A DNA stretch of 64,000 bases from assembly GCA_973895155.1 (NCBI GenBank), contig OZ316891.1, positions 9,177,875 through 9,241,874 on the forward strand, in the 5' to 3' direction. Every line of letters starts with the position of its first letter. The stretch's first letter is position 1. Source of the stretch: Marsupella aquatica (lineage: Eukaryota > Plantae > Marchantiophyta). The translations under genes were made by a program, and so were the position numbers. Shown in pieces: positions 53,403 to 64,000 of this stretch. Under the pieces are notes generated by a model. It ran no database searches. It was not told where the DNA came from and saw nothing but the letters and a program-made list of their open reading frames with translations.

Positions 53403-55794
53403 GGTGCAACAGCCATCGTCGATGCAACGAGAGAGAACACTGTTGCGGGGGAAGGATTTTGGCAGGACATGACCACATTGCACAACTCAAATTTATAGCA
53501 ATCAAGTAGAGGAGATCCCAACAAGAAACTGATACTTCCAGATTATGGCATAGCCATAGGGGGTCTCATAGGGGGGTCTCATAACTCAAAATATGATGGA
53601 CCTGAAAGTCCCAACGAGAAAGTGATACCTACATTATGGCATTAGGGGGTCTCAAACCTCAAAATTTGATGGCCCTTAACCTGATATTTAAGGTTCTAGG
53701 CAAGAAAACCTATGAACTGCCAAATTCACGATCCATAGCATTTTGCCAGAAAGACGGTCATATGCCATTTATATAACTAGTTGCAATGAGAAGCTAGAGT
53801 TGGGGTCGAGGTTTCGAGAATGAAGCCTCTAGACCATGACTCTAGGGCCCCACCAAAATACATGTAGATGGAAAGAAAGATGAGATATAATAAATGTCAA
53901 AATGATGCATGATTTTTGTTATCATTTCTACTAATATTCAAAGAATGGATATTCAGGCTCGTGAGCATAAGGTACCATAGAGGTAACTTATAAATTATTA
54001 TTTCTTACATAACACTATAAGAAAGCTATGGCCATTTGTTTATGGCCAAAAGACACGATCCGTAGAGAGAAGCTTTGAGACTCCCTATAATGAAGGGATA
54101 ATTGGACAAAACCTCATATATTCAGATTATGGAGGGAGAAGTTGAGCTATATAGAGTATCCAAGGGACATTAGTTGGCCTGTACTTCTCATGCTACTGTA
54201 ATATTCTATACACAAAATAGTGATGTCCCCAACGTTGGTCCGAAAGCCTGGGTTTGTGTTGCAAATATTCTTCTTTTGTCTGATTAGGTCATGGTCTAGC
54301 TGCGTCTTTCTGTCGATAAGACAAGGGAGCAGGGTTCAATAGAAGTACAGAAACGTTTGGGGTAACATTACCATTGGAGCAAACAGGAAAGTAATTCCTT
54401 GAAGTACCATACTTTTTTCTCATCAGAGGAAAAAACACGAAATATCTTTTGCTCAATGCAAAGATCTGTTGTGCTTAGACCAGCTGAGGCATAACATCGA
54501 AGGGAGTGTAGTTCTTGGTTTACTTATGCCATCTTTGATGGCACAAAGTCATCTTAACTTACTTCTAGACTTTATTGGTCCTGCTGGTAATCACACATCA
54601 AAATGTGGTAGGGTGCACTCACTGATTAGATAAAATAATCAGGTTTATTATGGTATGGAGTGATGAGGTAGACAATAGATGTAATATTTTGATGTGCAAT
54701 TACCAGGACCCCTTCATTGGGTGGCCACTTTGATTTTTCTAGCCAGAAAGTTTTCTCAGAATACTATTCCCAGTATTTTGCTATTTACCCAGCCAAAGCA
54801 TGTGCCCGTAGCCTATTTCAAAAGAAAACACTCATTTATGAGGCATTTTGCCTCACATACAGTTTTCCAGGCTGCCGTGCCTGGCATAGTATTCCTCCCC
54901 AATTTCTGAACTGCCCAAATATTTTTCCAGCCACCAGTTATGGAGAGTCACTTTTTTGTGTTGAGCACTAACTTTTTTATGGACCCCCATGGGAAGTGCT
55001 TTCCAAATTCCCAGGCTCCACATGCGATTCCATCAGCATTCTTCTTCACAAACAGGGGAGTTTATGTTTGCAGCAATACACAAACACAACCGGGTATGTT
55101 TGGCTCGAGGCCAGCAAAAATGGCTTGTAAACCATAAGAACATGCCCCTTAAAAGCAAACAACAAGGTAAAAAAACTAATGGCAAAGATAAGTAGTCAAG
55201 TTATTGAGCAAAACTGTTGGATAATTAAATTGAAACCAACTGCAAATGGTAAGGACACATTTACAGGTAATCTTTCAGTCAGAACTGTAAATAGTGTTAT
55301 CTGAGTCAGTTTAAATGTTTTGGGTAAGTACTTCCAAGCTTTGTCAGTCAATCTGGCCTTCATAGCCAAAGTCCATCCGGGCTTTAGTTTCAGAGAAGCA
55401 GGAGGCATGAAAAAACACAAGCCCTAATGTGTCATATTAACACAATGATAATTCATCTAATAAAATTTACCCCTCCGCATTCCATGATGAATAACTTAAC
55501 CAAAATGGCCAAAACTTTACTCTCAGGGTGATGGAAATGTAGCTTACCTACACCTCTAGAACATACTCAAAACTAAAGAGAATTTGTATTTATGAACATC
55601 AATTTATTACAATTCAAGTCAAATTTTGTGAAAGGTGGTCCATGATTGTGGGTTTTCAAAGACCAGCATTGTGGTCCATGGGAGCATCAGTTTGTTAGTG
55701 CCAATGTAACTGAAAGTATAATTTTATTTAGAGCCAACCTGATCATCATTGAATTCTCGCAAAATTTGTGACTTTACTCGATTAAAGGAAACAA

Positions 55795-56370
55795 AAGCCC
55801 GGATGGACCGAGACATTGTCCCTGCCCATCCCCATGGACTGCATAAAGAGATTGTTGCTTTTACATTGAAAAGAAAAAGGACAGCTCATGGACAGCAGCT
55901 GACAAAATTGACTACCTTGGGAAGAAAGTAGTCAACTAGACGTCATGGTGATCCTGAGTAATGCCATGTCATCTTGACATTTTTCAGGTTGAAGGTTGTC
56001 AAGTCATCAGGTTACCAAGGAAACAGATTTGATAATGTAATTGAAACCAAGTGCAAACGATAAGGATAAGGAGACCATTTACAGGTCACATTTAAGTGAA
56101 AAAATGTAAACAATGTTAGCCAAGATAGTTAAAATGTTCTGAGCAAGTCTATCCAAACTTTGTCACTCCATCCCATCGGAGTGAGAGATATGCTTAGTAG
56201 ACCCCCTTCTGGAAAAAGTTTGCTTAATCAACCCCCTCCATACTTTTCCCCAATCTGGACTGTTGGTGGACCTTTAGATCTCAGATCTGAACCATTGATA
56301 GACCTGGGGGTCGATCAAGCAAATACCTCCATAGGGGTTTCATAGACAAAGTGGAGTTCCATCCTGGTTT
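55795..56370. mobile_element. MITE-like dispersed repeat, copy 2 (same family as 19374-19866)
   Basis: aagcccggatggacc...gttccatcctggttt, colinear with copy 1. A further isolated TIR (aagtccatccgggcttt) lies at ~55369-55385. Confidence 0.7.
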
Positions 56371-56390
56371 AATATCCGATTAATTAATGC

Positions 56391-56560
56391 ATACACACAC
56401 ACACACGAAATTTAGCTCATCGAATGATTGATTTTACACACACACACACGTAATTTAGCTCATTGAGTGATTGATTTGAGAGAGAGAGAGAGAGAGAGAG
56501 AATGAATGAATGAATGAGATTTCTACAGGACCTTTGAAACCAAGACGAGACGAGACGAGA
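56391..56560. repeat. Simple-repeat cluster: (AC)n duplication, (AG)n, (AATG)n, (GAGAC)n
   Basis: Directly visible. Confidence 0.85.
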
Positions 56561-58447
56561 CTTCACGAATACGATACCTCCATTTGTTCATCGGCCTTCC
56601 CTCTCTTTTGTATTAGAGTTCACTTGTGAGAAGTTACTACGGAATCCGTTCGAAACGAGAAGAGAGATTGCAGAACTGTGAAGATTGGGCCGAAATTGCT
56701 ACGCCCAATTCATGGTGAAGCGCCATCTAAAAGCATCGTAGACATACAACACTTTCTCGTGGGCCCGTCCGTTAGTTGTATGATTCCAATTCATTTCTCG
56801 TGGGCCCATCTGTTACTTTGTATGATTTTAGTTCGTTTCTTGTGGGCATAAATGTTACTTGTAGGATTCCAATTTCGAGGGATCACAAGAAAGGCATACC
56901 GGCGAGAGACCGACCTAAAGTATTTCGGAAGAACGTGATTGCTGAGGAGGGAGGGAGAGGGCAGGTTTTAGATGGCTCTGGGAGCTCTACGGATGCGGCA
57001 AGGGGGACATGGAAAGATGTACTGATTGTACATCATGTGATTGGCCGAAGCTGGAGCTCTCGATTGCTTGCTGCGAGGTAGGCAGCTAGAGGAGATTGTC
57101 GATCCGTGCAAGCCATCCTCACCTCTGCTGCTTATTCTGCTTCCGCATCTGATTCGAGTCAGGAGCGCCACTGAGGTCAGGTTCTTCAACTCACTCCGCT
57201 CTCTCCTTAAATATTTTGTTTTGCCAACTTTTGTCGGCTGAACCCATGAGGAGCGTCAGAGTGCCAGCTTCGGATTTCTGCAGAATCATAGGACAATTGT
57301 ATGAATTGAAAGGCAGTTGGGACTGAAATGAACCGTTGGATCAGCACTACGTAAACTGAAAAGATCGAAAGGATCCTGATGAGAAGAAAGGTTTAGTCAG
57401 CTTGTGATCTAACTTGGTTCTAGGGATTAGCTCTTTCTACAGAGTTTGAACTATCTACTTATCTGGTCTCTAATTGTCCATTGCTAAAACTTCCAAGAGC
57501 TGAATCAATTGTAAGAGAACAATAATTTGGTCAGCTCGTGGCCTGACTCGTTGTTACGTCTAGGCTCTGCATTTTGGCTCGCTATGCAGAATTGGATTGT
57601 CCATTTGTCTCGTAACGAATTGTCGATTGTGCTGTGAAATTACAGTAGCTATGTCAGTCGCAGAATGAATACGTGTACTAAGTCCGAGACATCGAATCTA
57701 CGCGGCGAAACTTGGAATCGGCGTTTGTTATAGTTTTTCCTGTTTAGCGAGCCTAGGGTTTAAGGTTCTTTAGTTCGAGCTTACGTACTCTATCCCTTTT
57801 TAGTTCATTCTTAGACATGTATGCTTCATATTCAGACATTTCTAGATCTGAGTCCCCCTGATAGGATTGCTGCTTATCATCACCGCTACCAGCATTCAAG
57901 GTCTCAAATTCTTCTAACGCTATTCTGTCTTTCGACCAAAATCAGCTCATTTCCCGGAAGTGCGAGGGATTGTTGAATTATAGTTAGATAAGTCGATCGG
58001 TCTGCCACGTTTTCGCGTCTCTAGAATGAAGACAATTCCCTTATCAGGCAATCAGCGGAAATCTCATTCCACGTGAGGACTGGATGCCTGTGCAGACCAA
58101 ACCATGTCTCTTACCCTGGATTTGGTCGGATGTATTCATCAGGCATCTCCCAACGGAGAAAGGCAATAGAATGGTTGGAAACCTAATCAAATACCAAAGA
58201 CAGAAATAAAACTCCTGGGACCACTGTAATAGTTCACTAAAAACGCAAGTAGTTACTGAGATTGACTCCTGTACTGTTCCGACACTCCATGAACACTCTG
58301 TGAAAATCACAAGTAGCTGACATGGAACTTTATCCATCCAGGTGTCAAGTTTCTGGTAAATTTTTGTAAGTGCCTGCAAACTGTAGAATGTCACGCCCTT
58401 CCCTTCCGGGTGGGTAACTTCGGAGCAGCAGGAGCGAATCGCTGACG

Positions 58448-61400
58448 ATGGCTGAGCAGAGTGGTAGTCGGAGTGTTCTCTTCTCCACTTTCAATCAAGA
58501 TCACAGGTGTGCTTGCGAACTCTGTTGTTTTTGCAAGGTTTCAGTCATTATCGATTTTGCCGCTGCTGGAGGATGCATAACTGCGAAGACAATGAATAAT
58601 TACTTGTCCTGGCTTGATTAGGGGTTTGGTTACTTTCGAGTTCCTCTGTTCCAGATATCTGATGATGATTCTCGTGATTACCATTTCTTTCAGCTGCTTG
58701 GCAATGTGTACGCGGGAAGGGTACAAGATCTTCAATTGTGATTCATGCACCTGCTGCTATCAACGCTGTAAGCGATCATGCTCATCTTACTCTCTATAAA
58801 AACTGATTGAGGCTTGACCTTTTTCGATAATTAATTTAATTGATTGACTGAGTTGCTCTCATTTAGTTGTGGCCCCAATGTTGATAGCACAAGGTTTAGA
58901 GTCTTTGCTTAGAGAAATTTTGGTGATTTTGGGCAGCGGACGGGGCCATAAGCATCGCGGAAATGCTGTTCAGCACCAGCATTGTTGCAGTTGTTGGCGC
59001 AGGGGAGCAGGTAATCTGAACTAGGTTCCTGAAAGCTCCTTAAATCTGAACTAAACCCTTTTCTCTCCCCAGCTGATGCCAAATTTATTAAATGGACGGC
59101 CGATGTGGTATTATTGTGCTATGTTAGAAGGCTTCTTACAGTCACTGGATGCAGCCAGCTTTATCTCCTCGAAGACTGAACGTGTATAATACTACGACGG
59201 AAGCAAGCATAGCGGAGCTCAACTTCGTCTCATCAATTCTTGCAGTACGCATGAATAGAAAGAGGTGACAATGGCTGACCTAAATTTTTCCAAATCTGAG
59301 ATGCGATCAAATATGGTGGAACACTTAGCAAGGATTTCTGACATTTCTTTTCTTGTCAGTTACTAGTTGCTTGGTTTTTGTTTGGCCCTTTATTGATTCT
59401 TCTTGTGATTGTTGCAAAGAAAGGCTCATCGTAGTTTTGGAGAGGAAGACATTCATCCACGATTTGGCTCGCCTGACAGTCCTCGAGACCATTGATACTG
59501 TCTCCAACCTGAAAGGTCCGTCCCATCGGCGAAATGATGGCCTTCATGCATGCTTATATGCTTAATGAATCCATAAACTCATGCAACATGAATTGCTTTA
59601 ACAGGCAGTTTTCCATTGTAGTATTTATTTGATGGAAGGTCAAACTTTTGATTATGAGGTCGGCGTGGTCCCTGCATTAATCGGTTTTTATTAGCTTTTA
59701 TCATTGTCTCTAGATTTTTTGACGTGACTGGAAGATTGCCTCTAGATTTAAGGGTATGAGATACTTTGGAAAAATTTATGGGAAGTCAAACAGTACAACA
59801 TTAAAACAATTGAAAGGTTACATGTTATGACACACCCAGTATAGTGGTGCCCGTCTCCAGGCAAGGCCTTCGAAAGCGTACTCTGAGGTGTCCCTGATCT
59901 CATGTTGAAACAGGTTTGTGCGCATTTTCGCCAAATCATGATAACTGCTACTTGGCTTTGCCAGCGAGTACAACCTCGGGAGCTGTACTTGTCTATGATG
60001 CCCTTGATCTCCACGCTCTCTGTCAGGTGAGGAAAGTGCTTTTGGCCATTCAAATTTTTTGTGAACGAAAGGATAGGGTTCCGTATCGTTTGGACTCATG
60101 TACGGTGCGGAAAGATCTAGAAGAGTTACACACAGAATTCAGTGCCTTGCAACCAGTAGTATGTATGTCACCTTTCTGGAATCATCTGGGGTGTGAGAGC
60201 TCACATCTTCACAATATGTTTGAGAAAGCAGATCCAGGCACATCGGGCCCCATTAGCAGCAATGGCACTCTCTGCTGACGGGTTTCTTCTTGCAACTGCA
60301 TCAGAGCAGGGAACAGTCATTCGTGTTCATGTCATCCCTCAGGCATCAAAGGTATGGCTGTGGTGATTTTGGAAGGGTCTTGACTAATGCTCTTTTGCAA
60401 CATGAGTCTTTTACACGATGTACTCCGACAACTGGTCATGTTGCTGGAGTTGCAAATCTCCTGATCAAGTGGTCCGCCAGCTTCTGGAGATATTGACACA
60501 AGAATAGGGGTCCTGTGCAGGCTTTCACCTTTCGAAGGGGCAGCTATCCAAGCGCAATCTATTCTCTTTCATTTGGTCCCCCGTCTCAATACCCACAACT
60601 ACTGGCTGCCAACAGCGCATCTGGGACAGTACATATATTCAGGCTAGACACCATGGAAAGACTGCGGTACTTGGAAATGCCTAATCCTATTGAAGTTCTG
60701 CCAGTTACTGTGCTCAGTTTAGTTTCAACGGAACAAGGGTCTCCCATGTTCTCCATAGCTTAGTCTTAAATGAGTACCCTAGTAATACTTTCAAATATAG
60801 CGAGATGGAGATGGCCCTCTTCTGATGTTGCCTGTGTAAATGAGGGGCTTAGTGTGTAGTCTGTTGGTTTGTCATCATGAAGTAGATGTTGAACAGATTT
60901 CTTTGTCGTTAATACCCAGAGAAAATTCAGCTTCCAGCTAACTGGTATACATTGATACTGTTCTCAGCAACCGCTCGGCCTCGGGTTTACTTTCAGCAGT
61001 GATCCCAGATTCCATGACTGACATGGTTGACTCAGAGCGCTGCTTTATCACGATACACAATGGGTTTCCTCCAGGGGTTAGAAGGTATGCTTTGTCAATA
61101 GTAGAGTGAAATATAAAGAGGAAGGTTGTTTTTCCCGCACATTTTGCTTCCCTACGGAGTCTTGACCAGTTGGGATCTTGCTACTGTCCTACTTCTTAAT
61201 GTGGGCTTTTTATGTGGTAACTCATAGATTGGTTACTTGTTTGTAGCTACTGCGCAATAGCAGCCCATCCTGAAGAAGTTGGAGATGATGGACAACCAAT
61301 CACACCAAGATCCAGCAATAAGTATGTTGTTTTGTTTGACGAGGGCTGGTGTAAATTTTGGACTGCTTAAAATTTTGGCTTCTTTCAGTAGATTGCTTTA

Positions 61401-61600
61401 TCAGATGTCAGACGAATGTTGGTCATCATCATTCTGTTGTTGATGCTTGCAGGGCAAGGGTTCTCGTGGTGACATCAAATGGATACTTCCATGAATATTG
61501 GGTGACTGTGGGTTCTGGGCGCGAAGGTTCCTGCACACTGGAGAAAGAGTGTGCCCTGTTGACGAGTTCTTCCGACCAAATATTTGCTCATTTTGTTTGA
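58448..61600 (+). CDS. ATG18b: Autophagy-related PROPPIN WD40 protein, ATG18b-type; 11 exons, about 375 aa
   Basis: Motifs FNQD, EMLFSTSIVAVVGAGEQPALSPRRL, AHRAPL, LATASEQGTVIRV, FRRG. Exons: 58448-58506, 58694-58767, 58937-59010, 59155-59264, 59424-59515, 59914-60026, 60232-60351, 60521-60666, 60968-61084, 61247-61321, 61453-61600. Total 1128 nt, in frame. Confidence 0.92.
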
Positions 61601-63018
61601 CCTGTCGCAAACCAATGACAGTACCTCAATGCACATGGGTCGGGGTATCTGAGGTTTATATGGCATGTATATAACATTCTCTGTGTATATTATCAGCAAC
61701 AGGTGCGTTGGTGGTGCGAAATGGCCAGCCGGTAGAGCACAAACAACTGTAGAAAGGGCAGCAAGTTTCTAAATGGAAACCTCGGCCACTTGTGTACATT
61801 TACATATACACAAATCAATAGGATCTGTAGTGCATGGTAAGGTTTAATATTTCCTTGAATGGAGAATACAAGGAAACTCCCGCTTCGAGGAGATGGGACT
61901 AGTAGGCTATGATATATCCCTAGGTTGGGAGGCCGGAATTCCCCTTCCAATCCCAGTGTGGGGTCCTCCCACTCCTGGCTACTTGATTGTTACCAACTTC
62001 GAAAAATTAATGAAATCTCTTGCGTAGTCATCTTTCTTCATTCAAGCAAAACTTCTGCCACTCTAATTCCATGGGAGTGGACTTGTACTTCTAAATATTT
62101 GTTAAATATTTGTTATTCCAACCCTAGTCTCCATTGTACACGCCTTGTGACTATTTAAAGCTATTCCAGTTCCAGGAACAAGAATTTCATTGTTGTCAAT
62201 GGAAAGATGTAGTGTGGAGAGTTTGGCCGATGGATTGCAGCTCGGGTAAAGAGCTTTTGGTAAATTGTTTAAGTTTGGGGCCAACAGAAAATTAGTTTGT
62301 GCAAAATTATGCAGTCATAGAAATGCTATGGGCACAATTCACCCTGTGATTGTAAATTGGTTCGTGCTCATGCAATGCAGAAAAGGTTGATTGTGGATCG
62401 GAAGTCTACCTTGAGAAAGTAGGGTGTCATTAACCCTGAGCCTTATTCTCGATCTGCCAAACTTAACTTGAGCATCACTCACGCTATCGGGCAGCTTCCT
62501 AATCCTCCTCAGTCCCTTGGTGGGGTTTTGCGGCCAATTACATAATTCCGTGCAGGCAAGCACTTCCGACTCCTGGTCGATGAAAAGCAACGGTGAGGCT
62601 AGGAATTTCAACCTCACTTTACAGATCTTAGTAGAAAAGGGATAATAGACCCCTCACTAAATAAATGAGTATTTGGTAGCAATACAAAATACATTTGTCA
62701 CCTCCATCCTTAGCGGACATCAAATGGACGTCCACAGGTCAAACCGCCGGTCCCTGCTTCTCCTTTTTGTAATGTGGAGTACACGAATTGAAGGTCAACT
62801 CTCGTTGAACAAGACCTCTCAGAAATCCTACTATAGTCCCAGTAGGATCTTTGTTCCTCTGTTTGATGAACATTGCCTGAACTTAGATTCGACGCTGTTT
62901 GACCACAACCTTCAAAAGACTTACATCTGTCATGTTGCAAACCGTCCAACGCTGGCAATCATCCAGAGACCCCCAGGAAAAGACACGATCTATCAATTAT
63001 GTTTTGACACAGAAATTG

Positions 63019-64000
63019 TTAAATTCCACTTGTGCCCCGTTTCACCTTCGGCTGATCCCTCTCTAACCAGTCTGGACCATAGATAGCAACATTGGTCCGC
63101 CCATATCTTCTGTCCTTGATCTGAAAAAGTATCAGCACAATAGTAAGTAAGTATTCAAGCAAATCGCAACGCCTCCGGGATTCATAAACAAAAAAGAAAC
63201 TACATGATGAACAAGAACCTTGAGACAGAACAAACCTTAATAAGTGCGCCACACGAATCAGGCATCTCATTCTTGGATTTTAGCGGATACTCCACAACCT
63301 GGACAACCACAAGATTCTAGGAGAGGTAAGCATGTGCCAGTCAAAGGACACTTAGTATGATGTTGATTTGTTTAATCTTACTTGTCCCTGATGTGTCAGA
63401 TCAAGTGAAGTGCGTATCACTGCGAGGAAACTTTGTTCATGATTCTTCTAACGGCACAGTGAAAAAGTCACGCTACACAGAAAGACACAATACTAGACAT
63501 GCCTCCCTTACACCACCGCCATCCTTCAATGGAACCCCTGAGATTGAAACAAACTCACCATAAACGTGTCTTCTTTCAATAGCGGTGATGCAGAAAGCTG
63601 CGCCATCAGCTGTGTGTACGAGACTGCTTCATATGGGGGGGTCACACTGACATAATCAAATGGACCACCAAAAACTTCGGCTGCAGTATACAAAACAGAT
63701 GCAAAGGGTCAAAGGTGGACCATTTGAATCTGCGTTAGTCCGGCCAGCTGTACTGGTTATTGACACTAATTGTAGCCTCTTGGCCATTCGCGTACTACAA
63801 AAAGTTTGATTTACGGTGATGGGACCTATTGCTCTTGTGTTGTTAGACCACCCTGCAACGAAAGAACTGGATCCTAATTGGATGATGACATTGTTGGAAA
63901 ACAAATTCTTACCCCCGCGTTTTGAGGCTTGTTCAAGCAAGGTCTCGACCTTGGATGTATGTATTACTGTTTGATTGTGACAGTTTGTGTCCTCAAGATT
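63019..64000 (-). CDS. RsmD: 3' part of an RsmD-like (plastid 16S rRNA m2G) methyltransferase; gene continues beyond the window
   Basis: Exons >64000-63913 (NLEDT..VIHTSKVETLLE), 63680-63559 (GPFDYVSVTPPY), 63298-63236 (VVEYP) and 63120-63019 (IKDRRYGRTNVAIYGPDW). GT-AG junctions are in phase. The last-exon end is uncertain. Confidence 0.8.

Noticed and set aside
59415-59424. Purine-rich AAG acceptor at ATG18b exon 5
   Set aside because: Still a canonical AG, and it gives the conserved RLIVVL frame.
62339-62617. 92-aa minus-strand ORF downstream of the RsmD-like gene
   Set aside because: No motif or supported splice link; probably 3' UTR.

Overview
Eukaryotic nuclear DNA from a land plant; a bryophyte-like host is my inference from gene style and transposon content, not proven. 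Four host genes are present: an intronless plastid-type membrane protein (5929-6567, +), an 11-exon ABCB6/ABCB20-type transporter (8846-17048, -), an 11-exon ATG18b-type autophagy gene (58448-61600, +) and the 3' part of an RsmD-like rRNA methyltransferase (63019 to the window end, -). About 37 kb of transposon-rich DNA lies between ABCB and ATG18: MITEs, a decayed CRE-like non-LTR element with a restriction-like endonuclease, a PIF/Harbinger transposase relic and a Mutator deletion derivative with a 9-bp TSD. The standout is a 9.26-kb Ty3/Gypsy-type element (44142-53402). Its polyprotein carries a full C5-cytosine DNA methyltransferase in frame between protease and RT, and ends in a PHD finger. 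It appears to self-prime, has an 8-copy palindrome array in its leader, and sits in a circularly permuted A-internal-B-A-B layout with a 4-bp TSD. That layout suggests integration from a 2-LTR circle cut at an internal GACA-gt-TGTC site. All coordinates were read by eye.
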